Both the position numbers and the translations under genes were made by a program. From Octopus bimaculoides (taxonomy: Eukaryota), in contig NC_068999.1 of assembly GCF_001194135.2 (NCBI RefSeq), forward strand, positions 25,871,810-25,917,570: 45,761 nucleotides of DNA, read 5' to 3'. The notes under the pieces are model-generated. The model was not told where the DNA came from. It worked only from the letters and a program-made list of their open reading frames with translations, and made no database searches. Of this stretch, positions 9,998 to 22,493 are shown piece by piece. Each line of letters starts with the position of its first letter. Position 1 is the first letter of the stretch.

Positions 9998-11640
9998 ATA
10001 TATATATTATTTGTTTTTACATGATCGAACGCCAGCCTCATCACTGTTGTAAGTAGTTATTTCAACTTTATATTTTCTGACGCGACTCTCTCTCTTTCTC
10101 TATCACTTTTTCCCCCTCTCGTTTTTCCTCTGTTACTACTACGTATCTCTCTTTACCCCTCTCGTTCTTCCTTCTGTTACTACTATATCTCTCTCTTTCC
10201 CCCCTCGTACTTCCTTCTGCTACTACTGTATTCCTCTCTTTCTCTCGTTGCTCACCTATTTTTCTACTTCCTCCCTTTGTTTCTCCCTCTACCACTCTCT
10301 CTCTCTCCCTTACCCCTGCATGGTCACATGCTTCCGGTCACTAATCCTTTTCTTCCTTGGCTACCGCTGAGCAAACATGAGAACTTACTTTGTCCCCACT
10401 TTCAAGTTCATGCCTCACAGCGTTCATATACACATAATTTTTCATGTCTGGCCGCATAGCCTTTTCCATTTGNNNNNNNNNNTAGGTATGCACATACCTG
10501 TACATATATATGCATATACTCATTTATTATTTGTTTTTACATGACCGAACGCCAGCGTCATCATTGTTGTAAGTGGTTATTTCAACTTTATATTTTCTGA
10601 CGCGACTCTATCTCTTTCTCTATCACTTTTTCCCCCTCTCGTTCTTCCTCTGTTACTACTACGTATCTCTCTTTACCCCTCTCATTCTTCCTTGTTACTA
10701 CTATATCTCTCTCTTTCCCCCCTCGTACTTCCTTCTGCTACTACTATATTCCTCTCTTCCTCTCTATCTCTCGTTGCTCACCTATTCTTCTACTTCCTCC
10801 CTTTGTTTCTCCCTCTACCACTCTCTCTCTCTCTCTCTCCCTTACCCCTGCATGGTCACATGCTTCCGGTCACTAATCCTTTTCTTCCTTGGCTATCGCC
10901 AAGCAAACACGCGNNNNNNNNNNNNNNNNNNNNNNNNNNNNNNNNNNNNNNNNNNNNNNNNNNNNNNNNNNNNNNNNNNNNNNNNNNNNNNNNNNNNNNN
11001 NNNNNNNNNNNNNNNNNNNNNNNNNNNNNNNNNNNNNNNNNNNNNNNNNNNNNNNNNNNNNNNNNNNNNNNNNNNNNNNNNNNNNNNNNNNNNNNNNNNN
11101 NNNNNNNNNNNNNNNNNNNNNNNNNNNNNNNNNNNNNNNNNNNNNNNNNNNNNNNNNNNNNNNNNNNNNNNNNNNNNNNNNNNNNNNNNNNNNNNNNNNN
11201 NNNNNNNNNNNNNNNNNNNNNNNNNNNNNNNNNNNNNNNNNNNNNNNNNNNNNNNNNNNNNNNNNNNNNNNNNNNNNNNNNNNNNNNNNNNNNNNNNNNN
11301 NNNNNNNNNNNNNNNNNNNNNNNNNNNNNNNNNNNNNNNNNNNNNNNNNNNNNNNNNNNNNNNNNNNNNNNNNNNNNNNNNNNNNNNNNNNNNNNNNNNN
11401 NNNNNNNNNNNNNNNNNNNNNNNNNNNNNNNNNNNNNNNNNNNNNNNNNNNNNNNNNNNNNNNNNNNNNNNNNNNNNNNNNNNNNTGTGGCTTGTGTGTT
11501 TTCTGTACTCTGGTTATTATTATTTTCTTGTCTACGTTTTGTTTGCAATGTCCTGTACCCAGATATGCACCTATATATACAGGTAGACGTAGGTATGCAC
11601 ATACCTGTACGTATATATGCATATACTCATTTATTATTTG

Positions 11641-11650
<10 letters not shown>
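9998..11650. repeat. Tandem ~520-bp CT-rich repeat, 2-3 units broken by gaps
   Basis: 10007-10380 and 10525-10910 align closely (ttatttgtttttacatga...gaacgccagc...cttccggtcactaatcc). 10483-10538 recurs at 11590-11646. Confidence 0.85.
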
Positions 11651-11678
<28 letters not shown>

Positions 11679-11959
11679 ACAAGAAAACTTAATGAAACAT
11701 GAAATAGTTGGAGTAAAGAGATAAGTCTACTTGAACAATATATTACAGATTTAAACATTTGAAAGTACTCCCCATAAAACAAAACATATCTAAAGAAAAA
11801 CACCATATTTAGAAGTATGGATGAAACTTTATTTCTGGATGTCTAAGTGTGACACTTACTATCAGCAGGTTTTTACTAGCAACAGCTTGTTGTAAAGCAA
11901 ATTACTGTTATATACTTGAATAAACCAGAGCAGGTCAACAGCGGAAGACAACACATCAT

Positions 11960-12460
11960 ATTTAATGAAATCTCTAAATTTTTGTCTGTTTGCTAGGTCT
12001 TTGAGCTTCCATAATCTTCTTTTCCAGATTGGTTTATTTCTCTGAGTCTTTCTAGCTCTTATTCTGAAGTTACAAACCAGTAACTTTGGACAGCATCACC
12101 ATGGATTCCAGGGAGTGCATGGGAGCTATGGTTTTGGACCTAGAAATGAGGAGGGAACAAAACTGTTGGAGTTCTGTGATGCAAATGATCTCATGATCTG
12201 CAACACTAACTTCAAAAAACCAGCCAGCCACCTAATGACTTATCAGTCTAGTGATCACATAAACCAGATTGACTGCCTCCTCACCAGGCAACGAGATAGA
12301 TGGATGCTTGAAAATGCAAAGTCTTTCTCATGTGAAGAGTGTACAACCCAACGTAAGTTTCTAGTTAGTGACTTCAGAATTAGAGTTAGAAAGACTTGGA
12401 GAAATAAACTAATCTGGAAAAGAAGACTATGGAAGCTCAAAGACCCAGAAAATATCTATT
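11960..12460 (+). mobile_element. RTE LINE apurinic-endonuclease fragment preceded by an inverted partial copy
   Basis: ORF 12115-12477 (GYGFG.RNEEG..LLEFCDANDLMICNTNFKK...TY.S.....QID..L.R) is an APE domain. 11996-12085 is the reverse complement of ~12355-12445. Confidence 0.88.
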
Positions 12461-13214
12461 GCAAATATACAAATTAGGGATTTGTTTTAATTTAATCTAA
12501 TATTTTTATTTTGAAAATTAATATTAGGGGCAGACTATGAGCAAGATGGTTAGATAAAATCCATTGTCTCAGTTTGTAACATTTGGGAATGTAGCAGGAA
12601 GTTTCAATGACGGTTGCTTCTGATAGGCCCCTATGAAGGAAGTGCTGAGGACTCTACTTGTATGACCCTTTTCGAAACAGTAGCTAACAAAAATAAAAGG
12701 ATGGATGGGTGGACATGTATACATTTAACTTGTATTCATTCATCATGATTTTGAAGAAAGTAAAATTATATTTATTGTACTTAAGTAACGTTATGTAATA
12801 TAGGTTACAGTGGCTAAAATATATTTCCACCATTATGTCACAAACTGTTATGTGATTGGTAACAACCTCAGGTATAAATAAATACTTAGTTGCTTTGAAA
12901 ATAGAAGAAATATTATAATTCATTCTAAGATATTTTAAAATAAAAATAAATGTGAAATTGAACAGAATGAATGTTCCTAATTCTACTTCATGTTTGTTAA
13001 TGTTTATCTTTTCCCCACATTAGCATGGGTTAAGCAAATATATTAAAGCATTGTTTTATGTCCAGATGCACTTACTGTCACTAACCCTTATGTGCTTTCA
13101 AATAAGAAGTCTCTTATTCCATTTATCTTTGAATGTGTTGAGTCAGCAGATGATCTGTTGTCAAGAGAAAGAACACCAATAGAGAAGTGCAAATATAAAC
13201 ACACATACACATTT

Positions 13215-13300
13215 ACAACAGGCTTCTCTCAGTTTCCTATGAACAAATCCACTTTTGTTGGCCTATGGCTATAGCAGAAGACATTTACATCCTCCACAAC
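13215..13300 (-). mobile_element. SINE family B fragment
   Basis: acaggcttctctcagtttcc...aaatccac...ggctatagcagaagaca aligns to 28475-28560. Confidence 0.65.
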
Positions 13301-13350
13301 ACATCCTTGTTATGTAATTCATAACCACTCTTATACAAATCACCATATAT

Positions 13351-13385
<35 letters not shown>

Positions 13386-14619
13386 GATACTAGCATTAAC
13401 AGCCTTATACATACTGAATCTTCATGCAAAACCTTATGCTGCGTTTGTCAGTTTCTATAAAGGATATATTATGGGGTGAGTTGTAAGCTTCCATGTCCAA
13501 CTCATAATATGGATAGCCATATGGAAATTACTTGTCTGGTTTCTAACTCAAAATTTACCTGGTTTTGGTTGACCTGCTTCCCATAGTTCAACCAAATAAT
13601 TTGGCCCATAGAGATTTATCATCAGCCAGATATTTACTTTTTTCTATGACCCCTGTATAGTTTATCATTGTGCTGCATCATTAATTTTCTATTTTTCTAT
13701 GTACAGAATTCTATAGCATTTAGTTGGGCTTTCTTCTCATATCTTTGAAGTAATCGCAGAACAACCCAAGATGAGGTATTTTTCTACCCAGTCGAGGAAC
13801 AGAAACCACAATCTCGTGATGCATCCTTGACACACTACATACACAAAAAAATAGACCACTCAACACATTTCATGTGGTTTATTTGTAATAATAGTTTGAC
13901 TCACAATTACTTTTCTTGAAGTTTCACACATAGGTAAGTAAAAAGAAAAAAAAAACTATCTGATTGGGATTTATTTCAGATTTATTAAACTTCAAGTAAT
14001 GCAATTCTGTAAATGTGATTGTTGTTTCCAAATATCTTCATTGGCACTACTTGAGTAAAATTGGTGCCATTGTTTACAACCTCCAGAAAACAAATATGGT
14101 TTCAGCAGCTTCATCAGTTTCTCAGTTTCAAAATGAAATAAAGATATATTTCTTGAAAAACAGGTAAGGGTTGGTAACAGTCTTGGAAAAAATTACCAGC
14201 ATGGAAAAACAGATGTAAAAGCAAATGGTGATGATACATATACATATGTAAGAACATACACACATATATAAGCATCTGTCTGTGTGTGTATATATACACA
14301 GCATACACAGAGTTTCCTTTAAAGGAATAGAAAAAGCACCAACAAAATTTCAGCATGTCCTCCCTTAAAAAATGTAGGGTGTGATCTGAGTGAGATTTTA
14401 TTGTTGACTTTAATGAAACCAATTTTATCATAGCTTCAATGATATAAACAAATGCTACATTCACACAGGATAATCCTAGTCACAAAAATATTAGCAAACT
14501 TCTAAGCAAAGACTCACAACACCTCTAATGTTAAACCTTATAATAAATGTGTTATATATAGTTTGAAAGATGATTAATAAAAAGATAATTATTTACTTTT
14601 AAAAAAAAATAGGTTGAAG

Positions 14620-15789
14620 ATTTGTTGTACATTTTCTTTTCTGATTGTATAATTCCTTGTAGCATTTATATCCAATCATTATTAACATGTTTGCTTCTGA
14701 ACATCTCTATGTTTGAGGAACATTTTCAGAATAAAATGGCCAAATCTTTTGTTAAAATTTTTGGTGCCATTGCATCTCCATGTGGTTTTTATTGGATATT
14801 TCTTCACTATGCGATTCAAATTATTATACTACATTTTCTTCATTTATTTCATTAAATCCAATTTGATGTGCCAACCCAACAATCCCTTGAATCTGTACAA
14901 AAGTACAGACTCCTCAAAGCACAAGAAGTCTGCAATGAAACCTGGATAAATTTTACTCAAGACAAGATTTATTGTGTTTGTTTTAACTTTCTGCCTGTGT
15001 CAAATTTCCAGTAGCACTCATCATATAGTAACCACACCATGTTTGGTAGATTTAGCTTCTTGGAACTTGATAAATCTAGTTTCATGGAACTTGATCAATT
15101 GTTTAAAAGTGTTGCACCATAAAATGTAGGCTTTGAATATCACAATAAGCCACTGGTCCATAGGTTAAATCAAGTTGGTTGTGTTTAGAAGCAGAAAAAC
15201 TACTTGAACATTATCTGTTAGGTCATCCAGATTAGATTGATAACCAAGAGCATTGTCCATGAGAAGCAAGGCATTTTTTTTTTCAAGGTTCTTAACCTGA
15301 CACTATTCTTTGACAGTTGGGCAGAAACATGAAGCAAATCAATCCTGGAACAATGTTCTGGTGATGAAATTTAAAGTAGTTTTCATAGCCACTAGTGTCT
15401 TAGTGGTTTGAACTTAGATATCCTCAGATATTAACATCAAGTAGGTCAGTCAACCAGTGCTTGGAAGCCTTGAAAGCTGGTGCAGTGTTTTTCCTTTTTT
15501 TTTTTTTTTAGAAATGTAAGTTTGTCTTGGCATTTGTTTTCAAAACAAGCTAGACTCAATCAATGTTTAAAATTTGTTGTGGATGTATAACCCTTCGTTA
15601 ATAATATTTTTCAATAAGCCTGGGAATGCAATTGACAAGAGTGGACTCACCTATTGTCTGTATGATAAGCAATTCTGAGTGATTCTTGAAACAATTAAAC
15701 CAATCCTGACTTGTTACAAAGTTTTTACCTTCAACACTAGAATCCTGTTTTTACTTCAGGTCAAATGAAATTAAAAGTTTTCATTTGTA

Positions 15790-15859
<70 letters not shown>

Positions 15860-16050
15860 ATATTAATGCCTATTCTTCATTCACATGTTCAAAACTTTTC
15901 CATATTTTCTATGACACAAGATCCACTCCTTGTTAATATTGTACAAACTAAAGGCATCGCAAAAGCTTCAACTTTTTCAATATTACAGCAAATTGTTTAT
16001 ACAGTTGTAGGCCAAGAGATTTTCCAATACATTATATAGTTCACTGTCCA
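14620..16050 (-). mobile_element. Decayed Tigger/pogo-family transposase
   Basis: Frameshifted fragments in the expected order: NFVTSQDWFNCFKNH...GES (CENP-B-type HTH), QQILNID...WKQMPRQTYIS...APAFKASK, FQDWF...FCPTVKE, LLMDNALG...VVFLLLNTTNLI*PMDQWLI..FKAY (DDE_1), IVGLAHQIGFNEINEE..ESHSEE. The 5' boundary is uncertain. Confidence 0.85.
15793..15857. repeat. (GA)n microsatellite inside the Tigger relic
   Basis: Perfect GA run. Confidence 0.98.
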
Positions 16051-16438
16051 TCATTGACTCTTTGTAACATTTCTAATATAGTCAGTCATGTTAGATTTCT
16101 CCTGTTTTAACAAGGTGACAATGTATATTGCAACAGGGATGAATAGGTGAATCAAGGAATTGATGTTTCCAAAGCAAAACTGTAAGGAATACCTTTTACC
16201 ACCACTCAATTCAAAAGTAAAAATGTGGCTAGTTTTGAAGATGGCAGACTTCATATAGTTTGCCACTCAACTACTTTCTTTTAATATATGCACACCTGCT
16301 TGTCTCTTAAGTATCTGTCCTAATTTAATATAATTTTTTATTTAATACAATGTCCAGAAGAAAGGCAACTTGTTGAATGAAAACCTAAAAAGATACATCG
16401 TGTACTTAGCAAACAAAGAGTGTTGTGAGAATTTTGAG

Positions 16439-17004
16439 TGAATTAATAAATATTGGCTTCAAATCTTGGCACAAGGCCAATCAATTTGGGGGGAAGGGGT
16501 AAGTCGATTACATTGACCCCAGTATTCAACTGGTACTTATTTTATCAACTCCAAAAGGATAAAAGGCAAAGTTGACCTCAGCAGAATTTGAACTCTGAAC
16601 ATACAGATGAACGAAAAACTGTAAAGCATTTTGCCCAGCATGCTAACAATTCTGCCAGCTCACTGCTTTTTAAAATGATGCATAGCATAAGTCTCCCGTA
16701 GTGGAATTAGAACACAGAACATAAAGCTGCAAATTATTTTGCTCAACATACTAGCGGGTCTGCTAGCACACCACCCAAGTGAATTAATAAATATTGGTTT
16801 CAAATTTTGGCACGAGGCCAGCAAGTTCAAGAGAAGGAGTAACTCCACCTGGTACTTATTTTATTGATCCTGAAAGGAAGAAAGGCAAGTCGCATTTATC
16901 TCAGTGGCATTTATCTCAGAACATAAAGACAGACAAAATGTTATACATTTTGCTTGGCATGCTAACAATTCTGCCAGCTTACCACCTTTGAATTAATAAA
17001 TATT
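16439..17004 (-). mobile_element. Three tandem SINE family A units (full, head-only, internally deleted)
   Basis: Units at 16455-16668, ~16697-16777 and 16796-16988. The 16-mer tgaattaataaatatt occurs at 16439, 16780 and 16989. Confidence 0.85.
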
Positions 17005-17778
17005 AAAAATACTCTGATTTAGAATGTATTGATTTATGTCTATCAAATATATTTATTCCTTGTTTTCCTTGTTTATTTTATATTTTAAGTGTTATTGTAC
17101 ATAAAAGGAGTTACATCTCAATGGAATAAACAACAAAATTGTATCTTCAGTGACAAACATGAAATAAAAGATTTGAATGATTAGGATATCTTGCATTGTT
17201 AAATATTTACTTTAATGAAAGAGAGAAAGAAAAAGAAAATCTGACAGAAAATTATTAATACACACACTTTAAAAATTGCTATTTTACAGTTTTCAGTTAT
17301 ATTTCATTTTCATTAATGTTATAACAAACAAATTTGAAGTTAAATGAAAACTATTTTTAATTTGATGGAAGCAGAAGTTTAAAAAAAAAAAAATTTATGC
17401 CATATTTTTTTTTATACTAGATGAGCAAGACCATGAAGCAAATGACTATCCATGTGTAACTATTCAAACCAGTTAATGTACAGTCTCAGTACAGAGGGTA
17501 GAACTGTTCAACTCCAATGTCATGAATGTATACATGTATGTACATACGTATATATGTCTGTCTGCCATTATTTAATTTTACTTCAAGATTTCTTGCCAAT
17601 AGAGAAAGGACCAGTTTCTAACCTAGATCTTTATTGGATTTTCTACATCAGCAAGGTATTTTCATATGATGTATGTATATGAGCAAATTTGTATGTTTTG
17701 TTTTATGTATGTATTCTCATGCATGTAGTTGCATATCTAGACATGGTCTTATATACTTAAATGTATGGATGCACCCCC

Positions 17779-17828
<50 letters not shown>

Positions 17829-19990
17829 GTCTGGACAGCTCCATGGCTGGCTAGCTCCTCTCAAACTGTTAAACCCAAGCCAGCATAGAAAATGGATATT
17901 AAATGATGATGATGATGATATATATGTATGTATGTATAATTTTGTTGTTTATTTTGAGGTACAAACACTGTAGCTTCTATGAATTTTTCCCCCAAATGCG
18001 GACATGAATAGTTGAACATGAAAAGTGGTAAGATATTTAATGATAAACATAAAAGATATTTATTTAAAAGTTAAAGCAAATATTGATTAGGGAAAATTTG
18101 TTTGTAGAACATGAAATGTAAGGATTTTGTTCTGTGATGAATATAACCATTACAAAAACATACATAAATGAAACCATGTCAATAAATAACTAAAATAAAT
18201 TGAAGAGGAATGGAAACAAGAGAAGAATAAAAATGCAGATGAAGAGGGGGAAAAAAAGGAAGTTAGGGAAAAAGTGGAAGAGAGTTCTGTACTTTTATGC
18301 TTCACATTATCCCATTAACCAGGCAATTTCAGTTAAAAGGACAGTTGCAAGGAATCATAAAATTACAGGAAGGCAATAGAATTGATATTATTGATATCAT
18401 AATTTTTACATGCAAGAAATTGTTTTTTGCAAGAACAGTTAATATTGAACAAATAAATTATGATACCTTTGTTCTATAGGGAAGTGAAAATAAATTAAAG
18501 AATATTGTAGGTATATTGACCTTCACATTTAAGATTTTCCTAGGTCTGTTTCCACACTTTAAGATAGTGAGGATGGCTATATACTGAATTTTAGCTGAAA
18601 AAGCACTAATGTTGGATGCCTCAGCATACTAATGAGAGACAGTTTTAAACATAGTATCATCTGTGAATAATGAAGGGATATACTTATTTGTATTAGAAAC
18701 TAAATTATGAAGAATATTTTGTGGATCATTAAGAGTTCTTATTAACATAAATTGATGTCTCATTTTATTTCTGATTGGGTCTAAATCTATTAGTCTCTGC
18801 GTTTATGGTAATAATTTAATAATTATACTAAGGTTGCTGTATACTGCAGTCTGTAAGCATAAATAATTTTATCTTTCTTAAATTTATGGCCACTCTTGTT
18901 ACATATGACCAAAAGCCCATTGTCCCTATAAAGGCCACTTTTTAAGCTAGGCAATTCTTTACACATAGTCTAAGATATAAATTCTGATAATCATACACAA
19001 TTCAGCCACATCAAATGTACTCATGGGGGATATAAAAAAAAAAAAACTCAGCACCTTTTCTCTGAATCAAAATGGTGAACTGTCAAAAATAGTAGGCATT
19101 TTCTAGTGGCCCATAAACTTCTCTTCTGTCAATAACAATATTTTGTTGTTTCCTTCATAATGCTTTGATGAATTTCTCACTTACTTAAAAGTATTGCTTT
19201 GATTTAGTACATAAATATACTACAGATTGACAATAATTAAGATGATATATGAGCTGTAATATTTATGATTTTCTTTATTGACAGGAAAGAGGCTTCTGTC
19301 TAACACTGCCCCTTTCATACCTTTTTTATGCATTATGGGTTAACTATAGAGTAAGTTATACATACGAACAATATATAATACATGAATACTGTAAAACAAA
19401 ATAAGTTAAACCCAGTAAAAAAAGAACATCTTAACAGGAAGTAACTTAAAAAGCCTTTCATGCATGACACATCTAATTCATGCTTGTATATCAAAACTGT
19501 AGAACTTTTCCCAAGATCATGATTTAGAAACTGAGAGAATCTCCTAAATTTTAAATAATATCAAACAAATCTAATTTGCAAATCAATTCAGCCCAAAATA
19601 TTGGCGATTAAATTAATGACAACAGATGGACTGAATTAAGATAATAAATGAAATCACTACAAAAGTAATAAACGTATCATTGACAATGGACAAAATATAT
19701 AGCTGTAATAAAGAAAAAATTCAAGTTATAATATTTGCACATTAAAAAATATCTTATCAGGGCATTATCAGTAAAAATATGTGATGAAACAATGGAACTT
19801 AATTATCGAAAAAGTTGTATGTGTACAATGGAAAATGCAATTACAAAAGGCTTGGTGAAGTCACAAAGCCTCACACTATTTTGAATCCTCTGTCTTACTT
19901 GCTCTCCTCCCACTTTCACCCCTCGCTCTGTATCATTCTCCATTCACCATTATCAACACCATCACTTACTATTTGAGTTACTTCCCTTAA

Positions 19991-20166
19991 CCCTTTAGCA
20001 TTCTGATTATTCTGTCAAATGTAATGGTTATTTATTTACATTGCTTTGAATCATTCATGTATTATCTCATAGCTTTTATATTTCAGTGATCTGACTGTAT
20101 GTCTTTAGAATGACATTGTACGGTAGGTGTGAAAAGCCAGATATGGCTGGTTTAAATGCTAAAGGA
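19991..20166. mobile_element. piggyBac-type MITE
   Basis: TTAA|ccctttagcatt ... aatgctaaagga|TTAA: TTAA TSD with CCC-type termini. Confidence 0.85.
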
Positions 20167-20194
20167 TTAACATTACACATATTTTACTAACACT

Positions 20195-20300
20195 GGAGTC
20201 TGGTGCAGCCCCTCAGCTTACCAGTCCTGGTCAAACTGTCCAACCCATGCCAGTATGGACAACAGATGTTAAATGATGATGATGATGATGATGATGATGG
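20195..20300 (+). mobile_element. RTE LINE 3' terminus with (GAT)n tail
   Basis: ggagtctggtgcagcc...gtccaacccatgccagtatggacaacagatgttaaat(gat)n. A related end occurs at ~17825-17920. Confidence 0.8.
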
Positions 20301-20440
20301 ATATTAATATACTGATATCAGGTTCACATATTGGTTAATTCTTTCGGAAAAATGTATAGGTACAGTGGGATAAAAATCAATAATGTTAAACTGGTAAACT
20401 TACAGCTTTGCTTATCAGTAATGCTTCTAAATCATTCTAT

Positions 20441-20650
20441 ATCATCATCATTAGTTAACGTCCACCTTCCATGTTGGCATGGGTAGGATGATTTGACGGG
20501 ATCTAGCAAGGCAGGAGCCTGCACCAGACTTCCATGCCTGTTTTGGTAGGGTCTTTACAGCAGGATGCTTTTCCTAACACCAACCACCCCACAGAGTAGA
20601 CTGAATGTTTTTTACATGGCACAAGCACAGGCGAAACAAATGTCTTGCTG
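20441..20650 (-). mobile_element. RTE LINE 3' UTR/terminus
   Basis: (cat)n-tagttaacgtccaccttccatgttggcatggg...cctaacaccaaccac aligns to 25155-25330. Confidence 0.75.
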
Positions 20651-21084
20651 TAGAGGAGGTATATGGTTACCCAGTAAAAAAGAGAGAGAAAGAGAGTGAT
20701 CAGGAATGAGGACAGAGACAAGTGTGCTGCAGCCAGAGGGAAGAGCAGGAGAAGGAGAGAGTGGGAGGCAGCAAGAAAGCAGGAGAGAGATAGTGGTAAA
20801 GTGCTGGGCATAGCCACAAGGGATGGGGATCAGAATATAAAAAGGATGGTCGAGTAAAAGAAGAGAGAGAGAGAGAGAGAGTTGGTGGCAAGGGCCAGGG
20901 TATACCCTTGAGGTATGGAGGTAATAATATAAGTGGCAGGACATTGTCAAAGAAGTGTGAGTAGAGAGTAGGGGAGAGGAATGCAGTGAGTGGTGGAAAC
21001 CTGGATATATAGAGGGGGTGGGGGCTACCAGAGAGCAATATATATAATTATATAAAAAAAAATTTTAAGATGTATATACTTTAA

Positions 21085-21195
21085 ATTTTATGTACAATGA
21101 AATTTAGAATATGTTTACTAATTATTTCTAGCTCAGTTTTGGCTGGTTCATTCAGTTCATATTTAGGGTTAAATTCTCCATTTGAATTTACTGGA
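21085..21195 (-). mobile_element. Small Penelope-like RT N-terminal fragment
   Basis: FNPKYELNEPAKTELEIISKHILNFIVHKI resembles the PLE motif RLINPAKSELG.ISK.IL..I (from memory). Confidence 0.5.
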
Positions 21196-22284
21196 ATGAA
21201 CATATGCAGAAAAACTACATGTGTATATAGCATACATACATAAAGAGTAAACATATACTCATGTACTAAAAAGACCTGTACATCCATTACATGAGTGCAC
21301 GTCTATCTACACACACATCTACTTATATGTACATACTAACTCATATTTACAAAGTTCTGCAACAGTTTTGATTAAAACAAAAAAGCCATGACACTTTGTT
21401 AAGTGACCAGTTGAATTTAGTGAAGAACTTCATTAAATCTCAAACAAAAATAGACATACCAAACAACTACTTACCAAATAAATTACCAACACAACACCCA
21501 GTTAAAATACCCAAAAATCTTCAATTCACCTATCATAGGAACTGCACAGTAGTGGTAGAAACAGTAAAGAAAAGCAACTGCATGTTTATAAGGAAGTAGT
21601 TGAAGTATGGTGAGTTAGCCTTTGCCAATCAGCCAAATTAATTTGTGGCCTTTTGTCTGGTGTTGGGTGTCTAGGGTGTAGATGAATGATACTTGTATAC
21701 AGAAGTTTAGAGTAGGGTAGTATCGTCTGCACAAGAATGTGTGTGTAAGTGTGGTTAACAAACAACAGAAAGAACATTAATCCACAGACAAAAGAGTGTG
21801 GGAGACATAGTAAAACCTTGAGATATATGGGAATTGATTAAAGTGGATGTCAGAGAGAGTTTGTTAGTGAATACTACAATGAAACTGCACGGCAGAAAAG
21901 TTTTGAACCAAGAAATGAGGGATCAAAGGAATATGTAACTGAATATAGGAATCAAATGCATGTGATGTCCAAAGCAAGGCATACAATGGGATACACAGTA
22001 TGCATTGCAAGAATTTGTGAGCTTAATTATTAAGTACATTTTTAATTTTATAGTTAGAAGTATAGAAAAAGCAAAACTCATCATGATGACAAAAGAGACA
22101 AAATGAATATATAACATTAAAGCATAGTCAAAACATTTCTAATTACATAAATCTTAGGAAGACAATTAAATCAATCAAAATCATTTTTACCATCAATATT
22201 CTATCTACCATCCAAGGTGATACCTAGAAAATCGTCATCCCATTTTATTTTCCAGTGTCTGAATAATTAATATGCTGGACTCAT

Positions 22285-22493
22285 AAGGCAGTGAGCTGGC
22301 AGAATTGTTAGCACACAGGGCAACAAAATGCTTAGTGGCATTTCATCTGTCTACATATTCTGATTTCAAATTTTGCCAAGGTCAACTTTGCCTTTCATCC
22401 TTTCAGGGTCGATAAAATAAGTACCAGTAGAGCACTGGGGTCAATGTCAATACCTCCCATTAAATTGCTGGCCTTGTGCCAAAATTTGAAACC
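22285..22493 (+). mobile_element. SINE family A with 16-bp TSD
   Basis: Flanked by aatatgctggactcat (22269-22284) and aatatactggactcat (22494-22509), 1 mismatch. Confidence 0.92.

Noticed and set aside
13700-13840. Coding-looking segment with splice-like ends on both strands
   Set aside because: No frame stays open between a good acceptor and donor, and there is no recognisable homology.
14088-14122. Hammerhead-like CTGATGA-AGCTGCT-GAAA-CCA-TA on the minus strand
   Set aside because: Stem II would have a 1-nt loop, stem I is only AAA/TTT, and there is no PLE context; plausibly chance.
22198-22231. Splice-bounded minus segment containing TLDG as the next AIF1-like exon
   Set aside because: The required phase-2 frame does not give TLDG and hits a stop, and the TLDG frame also stops immediately.
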